From assembly GCF_009914755.1 (NCBI RefSeq), contig NC_060940.1: 64,000 nucleotides of DNA; one strand, given 5' to 3'. Both the position numbers and the translations under genes were made by a program. Below the pieces are notes generated by a model, which had not been told where the DNA came from, made no database searches, and was given only the letters and a program-made list of their open reading frames with translations. Of this stretch, positions 41,351-54,890 are shown piece after piece. Every line of letters starts with the position of its first letter. Position 1 is the first letter of the stretch. The DNA is from the human T2T-CHM13v2.0 reference genome, Homo sapiens.

Positions 41351-42169
41351 TCAGACACACTGCCTCAAAGAGCAGCACTCATGTGATAGGGAAAGATGCT
41401 CAGGTCTCTATGGGATACAGGGCTTGACTTTGGGAACAGAGGAAGAGGGTAAGGATAGGGTAAATCATATGCCTAATTATATTTTTTTCTGGTAGCTTAA
41501 CACAGATGGGCCACTGACTGTGTTTCTCAATCCAATTCCATCAGTTTTGTAGCCAGTCCTCCTAGATTCCTAATTTTTATTTATAAGGAGTCTAACTTTT
41601 GTTTTTCATCATATCCTCCATCAAATATTTCTTCTGCAGTTTCTCATTACCCAAGAAGTATTTCCTAGATGAATCTGGACTTTACTTGAGTGACTGACCG
41701 CTGGTATATATTTACTTTCTATGATAGATGATGGACCTTACCAAAGATTCTACTTATTGTTAATTACCAGGCAGTAAATATTACTGTAAATTAGGAGCTT
41801 TGCGAAAATGGGTATTGATTTCAACTCGCAGCCCCTTCTACCTCCTGTTTTTCAAAGACCTGAAACTGTGCAAGAAAGGTGTCACTGACATTAGAAAGCC
41901 AGCAATTTATTCTAAACTATATCTGGTTCTCTAGTAACCTCAATGTGAATTTCCAGCTAGTTACATTTTCACACTTTTAATGACAGTCTCCTGTCTAGTA
42001 TCCCACACACATTTACTATCTGCTATGTGCTAGAATTATGCTAAGAAGTACTTGGCATATAGAGATGAAAGACAGATTCCAAGATCTCACAGTCCAGGGA
42101 GCCCAGGATGATAAATAATCATGCATGAAGGACCAAAGCTGTGACATAGGTGGTCTGAAGGGCACCTTG

Positions 42170-43100
42170 ACCTCATACCCTCCTCCTGCTATGCTTCTGT
42201 CTCTCTCTCCTTACTCCTCAACCAAATTTCTTACAAACGGTACTCACTCTGTCGACTTCCCCACCTCCGTTCATTCCCCAGTCAATTGCAAACTGGCTTC
42301 TTTCCCCACCACTCCACTGTGGGCAACTTCAGCAAGATCTCCAAGGATCTCCTGGCCAACTACTTCAGCTGATGCTTTTTAACTCTCACTCCTTTGACCT
42401 GGTAGAGCACAGGCCCCACAATCCTCTTAAATTCAACTTGTAAAACTGAACTAATCTTATTTCCCTGCCTCACCCTTGGCCACTCTATCCCCAGCCCCAC
42501 CATGTCTGCACTTCTTTCTGTGTCCCTAGTTCATGGCTGGAATGACAGCTGCCTCAGTTGCTCAAGCCAGAGACCTTGACTTTATCCTTGACTTCACCCT
42601 TTTCCTCACCATGCCCCAGCCCCATCCAATCCATCACCAAAGCTTGATTCTATGGCCTCAATGTCTCTTGACTCTGTCTCGTCCTCCCTATTTCCATAGT
42701 CTTATTCAACTCAGGCCATTTTCTCCTGTCCCTGGGTAAGTTCTGCAGCCTCTTTGTTGTCACCTTGCTGCCTGTGCTAGATGTCTCAGGTCCATCACTT
42801 ACCCAGGGACCAAAATGATCCATTTAAAATACAAAGGGGCCCGCATCACTCCTTTATTTAATACCAATCAATGGCTCCCCATGACCTACCAGATGAACCC
42901 AAACTCCAGCAAGGCTCATAAGTCCTCCATGATTTGGTCCAACCTCTCTCTGAGCCTCATTTCTTGTGATACCCTGTCTCATCTCAATGTTCTAACACAG
43001 AAGTGTTTGCTGAGCGTCGCACATGGTCAGGTTGTTTTTTTTTTGCATATGTTATCCTCTCTGCCTGAAATTTCCCTACCTTCTCTCACTGCTCCGCTAC
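42170..43100 (+). mobile_element. L2 fragment
   Basis: CTGGCTTCTTTCCCCACCACTCCACTG...CAGTTGCTCAAGCCAGAGACCTTG...CAATGGCTCCCCATGACCTACCAGATGAACCCAAACTCC. Confidence 0.8.
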
Positions 43101-43107
43101 TCTTTAA

Positions 43108-43255
43108 ACACACACACACACACACACATGAACGCACACATTCTCTCTCTCTCTGTGTCTTTGTCTCTCTCCTCTCTCTCTCTTTGCCTCTCTTCTCTCT
43201 CTCTTTCTCTCTCTCTTTTTCTCTCTCTTGCACACACACGCACACACACACACTC
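43108..43255. repeat. Compound (CA)n/(CT)n microsatellite
   Basis: Seen directly. Confidence 0.9.
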
Positions 43256-43558
43256 ATATAATCAAGCACAGACTGGCTTGGCCAACTGATACTAATCATT
43301 GAATATAAACTACTTACATTTCTCTAAAGAATCTGTCTCTCTCTATTACTGTCAAGACATTGCTTACCCTGGTTCCAATTCCTAGAACTAATACTGCCAG
43401 CCCCTATCATATTCCCAATTAGCTCAGTTTCTTAGGTAATTAGGATGATTCTTAGGTATCTTTCAAGGGACAGCTGATAAGGCCACCCCACCTTGAGCTC
43501 CCAAAGCACAGTTGTCACCCTCTGTGGCATTTGCCTTTTGACTAATGTCTCCCTCATT

Positions 43559-43668
43559 CAGGATGACCAGGTATCCTGGTGTGCCTGGAACTGTCCTGAT
43601 TTCAATACCGAGTCCCATGTCTTGAGAAAGCCTTTAGTCCCAGGCAAACCAGGATGGTTGGTCACTTT
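43559..43668. mobile_element. MER81 (hAT-Blackjack) MITE
   Basis: About 110 bp with TIRs AGGATGACCAG..TCCTGGT.TGCCTGG ... CCAGGCAAACCAGGATGGTTGGTCAC. Confidence 0.8.
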
Positions 43669-43929
43669 TACTCCTGAGACTCTAAGCTCATCGAGGGCAA
43701 GGATTGAGCATAAGACCTAGCACACAACAGACGAGAATGGAATTGAATTAAATAAAAGAAAAGAGAGAACTGTGCCAGTATACTTGGGCATGGAAGTCTC
43801 CATTTGGTTCTTGGTCATGTAAACATTTTTAATATTATCAAAACATTATGTATTAAGATGGAAAATTTCCCAAATACAGTTAGTCAAATACACACTGCGA
43901 ATTCCTAAAAACACGGGAAAGACACATTT

Positions 43930-44290
43930 ATGTCATAAGCATTTATTAACTATTGTGTCCTGGGTACAGTGTGAGTGTTTGGGAATGGGGGTACAGGATG
44001 AGTCAGACATTGACTCCTCCCGAGGGAACCTACAGTTTAAAAGGAGCAAGAAAGCGCGTACCTAAGCAATCTTACAGTCCTAGGCCCAAACAAAGAAAAT
44101 TATGGCAATAAAACCCGGGTAACATGTCTAGAGCTACCAAGAAAAGGCTTTAGGGAGGAGGTGACATTTGGGTTATGGTTTAGGCACAGAGATGAGAAAG
44201 AGCTCAGAGTGAAAAAAGACTATGATCAAAGTTTTCCCTGAGGTAGGAAAGCTTGCCTGGGTATGGATAATAACAAGTATTTGGATGTGG
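43930..44290 (-). mobile_element. L2 fragment
   Basis: TAAGCATTTATTAACTATTGTGTCCTGGGTACAGTG...AAAAGGCTTTAGGGAGGAGGTGACATTTGGG. Confidence 0.65.
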
Positions 44291-44303
44291 CTTGAGAACA
44301 GAG

Positions 44304-45210
44304 ATGTAATAGATGAACACAAGCTCAGTGAGTTAAAGTACCACTCATTGACTGGGAGCGGTGGCTCATGCCTATAATCTCAGCACGTTGGGAGGCCGAG
44401 GTGGGAAGATCGCTTGAACCCAGGAGTTTGAAACCAGTCTGGCCAACCTAGCAAGACTCCATCTCTATAAAAAATTAAAAAATCAGCTCAGTGTGGTGGA
44501 ATGCACTTGTAGTCCTAGCTACTTGGAAGGCTTAGTTGGGAGGGTTGCTTAAGCCCAAGAGGTCAATGCTGCAGTGAGCCATGATCATGCCCCTGCACTC
44601 CAGCCTGGGTGGACACAGGCTGGCTGGACACAGCCAGACCCTGTCTCAAAAAAGAAAAAAAGATACCACGTATTGATTATCTCACAGTTTCCATGGGTCA
44701 GATATCTGCATTTAGACTAGCTGGAGTCTCTGCTCAGGGTCTCATGAGGCTGAAATCAAGGTGTTGGCCAGACTGTGCTTCTTTGCGGAGCTTCTCTTCC
44801 AAGCTCCTGTGTTTGTGGGCAGATTTCATTTCCTTGCTGTTGTACAGTTGGGTTTCCTGATTTCTCATTAGTTGTTGGCCAGGGACCACGCTCAGCTCCT
44901 AGAGACCACCCCCAGGTCTTTGCCTTATAGCCCCTTCCATAAGCCCTCTAACGACAGGGCAGCTGAGGTCTTCAAGCCAGCAGGATAATCTCTCTAAGTT
45001 CGAGAAGGACCCAATCCCTCTTTTTAAAGTCTCACCTAATTGGGTCAGGCCCACCTAGAAAAACTCCTTTTTGATTGATTCCAAGTCAACTCATTAGTAA
45101 CCTAATCATATTCATAGTTTCCTCCTACACTCAAGCTTCAGGGACTACCCAGGATTGATATAGTAGGGGTCAGGAATCTTGGGAACCAAACTAAAACTTT
45201 GCCTATTGCA
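44304..45210 (-). mobile_element. MaLR LTR (MLT1E/F-like), interrupted by AluJ
   Basis: TTATCTCACAGTTTCCATGGGTCAG...CTCTGCTCAGGGTCTCATGAGGCTGAAATCAAGGTGTTGGCC...GGTCAGGAATCTTGGG. Confidence 0.75.
44350..44661 (+). mobile_element. AluJ SINE
   Basis: Dimer with a short tandem duplication (TGGACACAG twice) near the 3' end. TSD-like TACCAC on both sides. Confidence 0.95.
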
Positions 45211-46334
45211 AAGGGTGATAAACGGATTAGAAGGATGTTAGTCCTGGGATGTGAAAGTGTCAGGTGGTGGAGAATCTTGATTCCTCCACCAAGGAGCTAA
45301 GGAGTTTGGAGAGTGGGGATTCTGGAGTCGAGTAGTGGTATAAAGAGAAGGAGAACCAAAGAAAATGGTGGTAACTTCATCTGAACTCTATAAATACTTG
45401 GGTAAAGTTATTTCCCTGGCATATTAAAAACTGAAAAGTTTTAGAGCAAGGGTGGCAACTAGGTTGCATTAAGTAACAGTCACTGATCAAATAATAGTGG
45501 TTGCCTGAGGGCTGTATCCAGAGGGCTTTGAGGCCATGCCTGGGTGTAGAGGGTAGCAGTGCTAGGATCTATTTGCAGTGTCTGCTAGGGTGAGGATGGT
45601 GACGAGTGGTAGCACCAGAGTCGAGGACTGGCTGTCCTGGCAGTTGAGAGAATCATTTCAGACCTTGTACCTCTGCAGAGGAAAATAACAAGTCTATTTT
45701 CAAGGATCCTGTGTTTAATCTATCATCTTACACAGCAGATCAAAATAGCAAACGTTAAGATCTTCAAGCCTTTTTCAAATGTCAGGAGCTGGAACAAAAT
45801 ACAAATAAATTAATCCACTGGGAGCTTTTTCTATTCGTTCCTCTCTTACAGTAAAAACACAGCTCCAAAATTTAGGAATTTCTCATAATTCCTTGTAGTC
45901 ACAAAACGACAGATCTGCTAAGCAAAGAATTCAAATGGACTTGCTTTGGACTTTGATGACACATTCCAAGGCTGCATGGCCACACATGTAAAGAGGTGGA
46001 AATAAAGCTAATCCTCTAATAATAGGTCTGGGTCCCAGAGAGAAGTACAGATGCGGGGCCATGTGTGTGTATAGAGAGGGGAAGGACACGCACACACCTG
46101 TACCACCCCACTGCTTTGGCTAGTCCACCATCTCCCATGGGTTTTAGGAGCAGCTTTATGTCTTCTGACTCAAATTCAAGGGCAAAACCTCAATAAACTG
46201 CACAAGCATTGCCTTCTCTATGACCCAAAGGTCTGCCTTGGGTACTTGTTAAAACTCAAAAGAGAGCACTTGAGACAGTAGGGTTTAGATCTTGGGAGCC
46301 CTAAGTGATTTTTGGCTTAACCTAAAAGTGAGGT

Positions 46335-46812
46335 GGTAGAGTGTATTACTGTTTGGCAGATATTCCTTCTGCCTCTCATTTCCCTTACATCCTGGGAAGG
46401 AGTGCACTTCCTCCATCCATTGATACTCGGCTTGGCCATACTGCCCATGACCTCATGGTGGGTCAGGTGTACCTCCTAGCCTGTTGACATCGGGTTTAGC
46501 CACATGGCTTCCATTGGCCAAAAGATGTTAGTGGGTATGATAGGATCAGAGGTTTAAAGGGATGATCAGGTTTTGCCTCTTGTGCTTCTGCTATCATCAT
46601 GACAAAGAAATGACCGGATTAGCCACAGAGGATGAGAGGCATGCTGAAAAGATCTGAACCCAACCTCCAGCTAAAAGTCAAGCCTGTTGGAACCCGATGA
46701 CATCCACAGAGCATCCCCAGCCAACAGTTGTGAAAGTAGGAATAAATGGTCTTTTTCTCAAGCTGCTGGGCTTGGAGTTGTTTGCTGCCCAGTGATTGTG
46801 GCAGTTGACTAG
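46335..46812 (+). mobile_element. MaLR LTR (MLT1H-like)
   Basis: CACATGGCTTCCATTGGCCAAAAGATGTTAGTGG...GGAATAAATGGTC...TGATTGTGGCAGTTGACTAG. Confidence 0.7.
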
Positions 46813-47649
46813 TGGAGTGAACACAAGGTCTTGGGACTTTCTCAGTCCCTTGGTCTCTTCATAGAGTACAAGGATGCAGTACCAGTACCTTCTCCATGGG
46901 GTTGTTGAAAATATCAATAGAGGCAAGGCACGTAAAGTGCTTATCATAGTGACTAACACAGAATAAGCAGTTGCCATCATAGTTAAGAGCATGAGCTGTG
47001 GAGCCAATTTTTTTGAATTCAAATCCTAGCTCCGACACTATGCAACTGTTTGCTGCAGATTGCTACAGAGCCAAGTGTGAGAGCAATTTCAAAACCAAGG
47101 CCATGTATGCTCTAGCAAAGGAGCCTAGCCATGGAGCTCCTCGTTCTGTTCTTGATCACTGTCGCGCACATGACTAAGGTCCTCCTATGCATAAGGTCCT
47201 GGAGTCGTACTCAGTACACAGACCTACATGGTCTCCCACCTTAGATGGGCAGGCAAGGCAGGAGGGCTGCAAGCCGTTCAAGGGGCAGGGGTGGGGTTTT
47301 GGGGGGTGCTGAGAGGAGATTTCCAAGGAGTGGCTACAGATCTGGAGCTCACTTTGCAGCCAGTTTCAGGGCTGGGCTCCAAGAGGCAAGCTGCGCTCTC
47401 TGAGGCTGTGCAGTTAGAGGGGGTGAGGACCACTAAAGATGGCAAGAAGTTGCTGGAAGTTGTATCCTGGAGAGATCAAGTCCCAGCACCAACTCAACAG
47501 CCCAGAGCAGGATCAGGGCTTGGCACTCTGAGCTGAGAATCCACAGTCAGAGGAGGAGAGTTTCCACGAGAGCAACCAGGGGGAAACGGTGAAAGTTTGA
47601 ACTGAGTACTGTGAACAGCCTCAAGGCTGGACACTTATACTTCGAAGAA

Positions 47650-47895
47650 GCACAGTGGAGCAGGAAGAGCTTCAACTCTGCCAGACTGCCTTGAGTTCAA
47701 ACGCTGGCTCTAGCACTTACTATGTAATCTTTGGCAAGTTACAGAAGATCCCTGGACCTTCTTTCCTAAGGGATATTAGGAAAATACAGATATTAATAGA
47801 ACTTGGTAGGTTCTTGTGAGCATTAATAGCACAAAACATATAAAGCACTTAGAACAGTATGGACTATAGGAGTATCTATTACTATTATTATTATT
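47650..47895 (+). mobile_element. MIR SINE (further MIR pieces at about 46820-47050)
   Basis: CAGACTGCCTTGAGTTCAAACGCTGGCTCTAGCACTTAC...TAAAGCACTTAGAACAGT. Confidence 0.75.
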
Positions 47896-47904
47896 AATAA
47901 TTAT

Positions 47905-48240
47905 TGGCTCATAACCCCATCACTGACTCTCTTGGGCCAGAAATGTGTTTTATAATTCAGAGTTGTTCGGCCTGTAGAAAAGAAAAATGGTGCATATATC
48001 ACATATCACATAAAGTCTCAGCAGGATCTGAGGCTGCATTATGTCACCAAATATATGAATATTTATACAGTGAAATGTATGAATACTTACATCAAATAAA
48101 AACTATAAATAGCTTCATTTTAGTTTAGGTCAGTTTTTGTTACCATGTACATTTTTTCAAAAAAGCACAAAACACAAAACAAACCAAACAAAAACAAACA
48201 CAAACCCCCCAGAGTTTCTGCTAAGGGATTTGGAAATGCA
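47905..48240 (+). mobile_element. MER46C-like (TcMar-Tigger) element
   Basis: CTTGGGCCAGAAATGTGTTT...GTGAAATGTATGAATAC...AACTATAAATAGCTTCA...TTTAGGTCAGTTTTTG...TAAGGGATTTGGA. Confidence 0.75.
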
Positions 48241-48588
48241 TCTAAGGGATGTGGCTTTTTTGCTAAAGTGGCTGCAGGCTGCATACGTGTGTGGGGCAGG
48301 AGCACAGGATCAAGCAGCAAACAATGGTCTCCTCCAGCAGAACTGGCCAGGAAAGGTTGAGTGGAGGAGGTGGGCTTGAACCTGGGACCCTTAAGCATTG
48401 ACCGGGCTTCAAAGGCAGGACTTCAGGCAGCAGTACAAACTGGTGACAGTGAGCAGGAAGTGGAGCCCAAGATGGGGTGCTAAGAACCTCTTAATATGTA
48501 AGCTAGGGCTGGAGTGTAAAGTAAAGAGCTTTGAATGCCAAGAAAAGAATATGACCTTTATTATATATGCAAGAGACTGATTTCTTTC

Positions 48589-48958
<370 letters not shown>

Positions 48959-49084
48959 TAGAAAACGATGGTCTGGAGTTATGCCCCCATGTGTGTAGGC
49001 GCCTTGCTCTAGAATGCCCTTTCCTTTGCCTTTGAAGTCCTGCTCCACCACGCCACCCCTCTGTGACATACTTTGCCCATCACC

Positions 49085-49405
49085 ACCAAGGCAGATGCTG
49101 TCAGCACCCCATCCACATCTCCTGGGTGCTCACCTGTAGGCAGGGAAGCATGCTCCCTGAGAACAGCTGTAAATCTCTGTCCCAAGGCTTTTTCCTGGCT
49201 GCTGGTGTACCCTGGGCCCATGCACAGAGTAAACTGGAGATGAGGCAGAGTTAATGCCCACAGGAGCAGCTCTGGACCAGTGGCTTTCTGATCTTTTTTG
49301 TCTTACCCTCTGTCTGTGTTTCCTGGGATTACCTCCCAAATCAACAAGGTACACTAGAATTTTTGACTCAGTGTCGTGCTTCTGGGGAAACCCAAATGGA
49401 GTCAT
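49085..49405 (+). mobile_element. ERVL-class LTR remnant (LTR16/LTR33-like)
   Basis: GCAGATGCTGTCAGCACCCC ... TTCCTGGGATTACCTCCCAAATCAAC...TGCTTCTGGGGAAACCCAAA. Confidence 0.6.
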
Positions 49406-49624
49406 CACAGGCAGAGGAGTGTCCTCTTCCTTAGACTGATGGCTGTGTGCTTGGTTTTATGGTTTCCACCAGGAGATGCTAAGCTTCTTGAGGACAGGAA
49501 CTTTCCATTCATCTTGGAATCCCCATGGTGCACTGCAGTGGGTCGGCATCAGAAAAATGTTCTGTGGAGTGACTCGGGATATTAGATAAGTCCCAACTAT
49601 TTGCAAGAGCTAAAGATCACCAGT

Positions 49625-49840
49625 GACTTCAGGGGTCAAAGCTTAGCTTCTGGGTTTTGGTCAATGGCTCTGCCACTTACTAGCTTGATGCTCTTGAGCA
49701 AATTGTTTAATCTAACAGTTCATCTCTATGTCTATGAAATGGGGATAATAAAGTTTTTCCTTTAGAGCTGCTGTGACAATGAAATGAGATCATGCGAGGC
49801 ACTAAGCTTATTTCCTGGTTCTCAGTGTTAGTTATATATT
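49625..49840 (+). mobile_element. MIR SINE
   Basis: GGCTCTGCCACTTACTAGC...TCTATGAAATGGGGATAATAA...GAAATGAGATCATG. Confidence 0.75.
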
Positions 49841-50104
49841 ATACCCATTCTTTTCCCAAATATCCCTGTTTCTTCCCGTTGCCTGTCTGTAACAAATTCC
49901 TCGGAGTCATGGTCATAAGCGTCTCTTAACTGCTTGTTGAAATAAGTTCAAGTCCATGTGTGTGTGATCTGCCACTTTCCATCTCCTAGACAGAAAATCT
50001 CCATCTTTAAGTGAGGACCATGCATCGATTATTCCATCTTCTATCTCCAGTCCTCAACACAGACACATGCACACAGACACACACAAACGAGTGGACCTAT
50101 TCTT

Positions 50105-50938
<834 letters not shown>

Positions 50939-51479
50939 TAGGCCCTTGGATACCTGGAATAATCCAAGAAAGGTCACAACCATGGAGTTTCTTACTTTGT
51001 TAGTTCCCTTCTTGCAAGAAAATGCGGAGACAATGACATGAAAATGGAAAGAGCCAGGGTCCTGGTTTCCAGTCATATAGAACAGACGAGAGCTGGATGA
51101 CTCTGAACATCTCAGTCGTCTCTCTGTGCCTCAGTTTCCCTACCCCTAGGAGGAAATAAGAGTAGATGTTTCCTAAGGGTCCATTTATAAAGGTCTTGGG
51201 TTTAGAAAGTTAGATTAGAGAAAAATCTGAATGCAAAAAACATGCACCCTATGGTTTCATGTTTTTTTTCTTTTTAAAACATCCAACCAAAAACTGATTT
51301 GTTGAAAGATGTCTGTGCTATTATCCCTACTGTGGTTTCTTTATGAACTTGGATAAAGAGGAGGAATTTATTTGAAAGTCAATAGACTACAGTATTTATT
51401 TACAGGTCTACTGTATGTGCTAGTTTAAATTTAACACTTTGAATGGGGTAGAAACAAATGCATCGGAATTTGACCAAGG

Positions 51480-52130
51480 ATACATTCATATGTCAGTTTA
51501 ATGCTCCAGCTGTTTAATCAAAATATGAATAAAAGGTCTAAAGCCCAACAAGCAAAAATATCATAGTTGTGGGATTCGCCGTTTGCTTCCCCATTGTCAG
51601 CCAATTACTGTGCAATTTTTCCCTGTGACTGAATAACTAACTGTTAGCAAATAATGAAAAGGCAATTACAGCGATGCTTTGTTCCTATTACTTCCTTCAT
51701 TTTATCCAGGCTGTAATTATTGTCAGAGCTGGAGGTTTACTGTACCATGGAAGCAGCACCAGGAAAGAAAATGGAATGGGCTGGTGCATGGAAAATTGCA
51801 AATGTCACAGCTACCTTCATCGGCACTGTTGGACTTCTGAGAATAAAAAATCAGAGGAAAAAGCTCTCCATGTGGGTTTCACAAATTCCCTACCTCAAGC
51901 TGTTGTGGCGACTGGGGAAGAGGGGACAGCGGTAGGGGTGGGGGGCAGGCAGGAATCAGGCATGAGGTTTGTTCTTTTTGTGTGTGTGCGATTCCCAAAG
52001 GGCTGTGCATTTTCACCGCAGTCGGCCTGAAACTGATTCATGGAACTCTTCTTTAGCCTTTGCTTCTCATTAATGGTCTCCATGCTGTTTCATAATGGGG
52101 AGTGGCATATAAATGATGCATTTTATGGGG
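51480..52130. promoter_or_regulatory. Candidate conserved non-coding element
   Basis: No repeat recognised. TGTCAG occurs three times (51491, 51595, 51721), with CATTGT, CTTTGTT, CAATTAC twice and GTAATTA. Function is inferred. Confidence 0.4.
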
Positions 52131-52600
52131 TTTGATCTTTCTTCAGAGAGAAAATATGCCACATATGGACAGATGTCTGAAAAAGAAAATGATGATCATG
52201 CCCTCTTTGTGCAGTTGCCGGGACCTATTTTTAGAAGCTGATTTTCACTGACCATATGTAACATACCTTCCTTTTTGACTTTATTTTTATTAACTAGAAA
52301 CTGTAAGATAAGACAAAAGAGATAGAGGCATATTCCTAATATTTTAATCTCTTGCTTTTTCAATAACTATTTCCTGAGTAAGTACCATGTGCAAGATACT
52401 GGACTAGGCTCTGAGGAATCAAAGGTGAGTGAGACACGGTTCCTGCCCATAAAAGGCTCAGTCTTGAGGTATTTTCACACCCAAATAAACGTCTTTCTAT
52501 ATGAAAAGCAACTTAGCATACCTGAAAGTGTGTAAAACTATATGTTTGAAGATCTGAATTCTAATTCCAGCTCTGCCACTTACTAGCTGGTTTTTCTTGA

Positions 52601-53065
52601 TGTATCAGTAAGCTACTGCTGTGTAACAAACTATCTTCCAAACTGGGTGGCTTAAACCCGCAATGATATATAATGGAAGGTCAAGAATCTGGAGGTCAGA
52701 TGGGAGGCTCTGCTCCAGGTTGGACTTGTTTGGAGCATCTTAGCTGAAGCAGCTTTGCCCCAAGTGTCTCTTCTCTTCCTCTTTGAAATAGCTGGGCAGC
52801 CTGCATTACCCTTCTCATGGCAATATCTGAAGAGCACGAGAACATGTGGAAACATGCAGGCACACACAGCAAGTAATTTCAAGACTCAGCTTTAATCACA
52901 TCTTCTAATCCTATTGGCCAAAGCAAATTACATGGTCAAACACTGAACCAAGGGTCAGGCAAGTATACCTTACCTCTCAATGGGAGAAATGGCAGAGATA
53001 CATGACAAAGAGAATGCATACAGCTATAGGTAAAGAATTTGGGGAAATTAATCCAAACAACTGCA
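52601..53065 (-). mobile_element. MaLR solo LTR (MLT1) inserted in a MIR (52530-52600 and 53070-53220)
   Basis: TGTATCAGTAAGCTACTGCTGTGTAACAAAC ... ATCCAAACAACTGCA. TSD CTTGA at 52596-52600 and 53066-53070. Confidence 0.85.
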
Positions 53066-53239
53066 CTTGAATAAAACTCTGTGCCTCAATTTGTTTGTAA
53101 AATGGAAGCTCACCTTCCCTGCTTTAGGAGATTGTTGCGAGGATCAGAGGAGATAAAGAATGTGACTATGCTTTGGCAACTATAAAAAACTATTGTTATG
53201 CATATGTTATTGCTCTTATTACTTTCTACTTATTTTTCT

Positions 53240-54202
53240 TTTTTTAAAAAATTTTACTTTAAGTTCTGGGATACATGTGCAAAACGTGCAGGCTTGTTAC
53301 ATAGGTATACATGTGCCGTGGTGGTTTGCTGCACCTATCAACCCATCATCTAGGATTTAAACCCTGCATGTGTTAGGCATTTGTCCTAATGCTATCCCTC
53401 CCCTTGGCCCCACCCCTACAGACCCCAGTGTGTGATGTTCCCCTCTTTGTGTCCATGTGTTCTTATTGTTCAACTCCCATTTATGAGTGAGAACATGCGG
53501 TGTTTGGTTTTCTGTTCCTGTGTTAGTTTGCTGAGAATGATGGCTTCCAGCTTCATCCATGTCCCTGCAAAGAACATGAATGCATTCTTTTTTAGGGCTG
53601 CATAGCATTCCATGGTGTATATGTGCCATAGTTTCTTTATCCAGTCTACCATTGATGGGCATTTGGGTTGGTTCCACATCTTTGCTATTGTAAATAGTGT
53701 GCAATAAACATACATGTGCATGTGTCTTTATAGTAGAATGATTTATAATCCTTTGGGAATATACCCAGTAATGGGATTGCTGGGTCAAATGGTATTTCTG
53801 GTTCAACATCCTTGAGGAATTGCCACACTGTCTTCCACAATGGTTGAACTAATTTACACTCCCACCAACTGTGTAAAAGTGTTCCTATTTCTCCACAGCC
53901 TCACCAGCATCTGTTGTTTCCTGACTTTTTAATAATCACCATTCTAACTGGTGTGAGATGGTATCTCATTGTGGTTTTGATTTGCATTTCTCTAATGACC
54001 AGTGATGATGAGCTTTTCTTCATATTTTTGTTGGCCACATAAATGTCTTCTTTTGAGAAGTGTCTCTTCATATCCTTTGCCCACTTTTTGATGGCATTGT
54101 TTGTTTTTTTTCTTGCAAATTTGTTTAATTCCTTGTAGATTCTGGATATTAGACCTTTGTCAGATGGGTAGATTGCAAAATTTTCTCCCATTCTGTAGGT
54201 TG
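53240..54202 (-). mobile_element. 5'-truncated L1PA (PA7/8-like), 3' end
   Basis: ORF2 C-terminal peptides ([16 protein letters not shown]...RYHLTPVRM; WNQPKCPSMVDWIKKLWHIYTME) and the L1PA 3'UTR. 14-bp TSD CTACTTATTTTTCT at 53226-53239 and 54203-54216. Confidence 0.97.
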
Positions 54203-54669
54203 CTACTTATTTTTCTATCATAAAAATATAATAATTTTTTTCCCAGGCTCAAACAGAAATTTTCTGCAAACTTCAAATTTCTGTAAGTTTATCTATCAGA
54301 TATTTTTTCATTCATCAGATAAATTAAAAATGGAAAATGGAAATTACTTAGTTATAGAGTTTATTCTTTCTTGTTTTATTTGTGAAATAAGTCACTTCTC
54401 CAAGACCCTGATCTGATTTAAGGAGAGACGGAATCTCAAAGCTATTGTTCTTTATTCCTGTGGCAGCTGGCCATGCGACTCCCCAGAGTTTAAGATAGAA
54501 GAAGAAACATTTATAGGCTAACTCAGGCTTCTTTGGCAACTACTATCCTTGGGTTATTTCCATAGCAAAAGGAAAGCAGGTTAGGAGGGGTTGGTTGGTA
54601 TAAATAAATAAGCAAGGATACACATTCATAAGGACGGGAAAAAGGCAGATTACTAATACCAAAGACAAG

Positions 54670-54890
54670 GGTGTTATTAGAAAACTCAGTCAGCCAGATG
54701 TAGGTTTGAATTCTTGTTCTACCACCCATTAACTGGTTTATTTAGCTTCCTGGAGCTGTTCCCTATTTTGTAAATTAGGGATATAATATCTAACTGATTG
54801 TATTCTTATCAGTACTAAATGAGATATAATACATACAGTCCGTAGCATAGTACCTGGTACATAATATGTACACAAGAAATTAGTTTCCTT
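54670..54890 (+). mobile_element. MIR SINE
   Basis: TAGGTTTGAATTCTTGTTCTACCAC...TGTAAATTAGGGATATAATA...TAAATGAGATA...TAGTACCTGGTACATAA. Confidence 0.7.

Noticed and set aside
39235-41903. The repeated ~40-bp motif as a CRISPR-like or other regular array
   Set aside because: Irregular spacing, mixed orientation, eukaryotic context and no cas genes. Better explained as local templated copies.
53357-54191. L1PA ORF2 C-terminal ORFs
   Set aside because: Part of a 5'-truncated, inactive L1.
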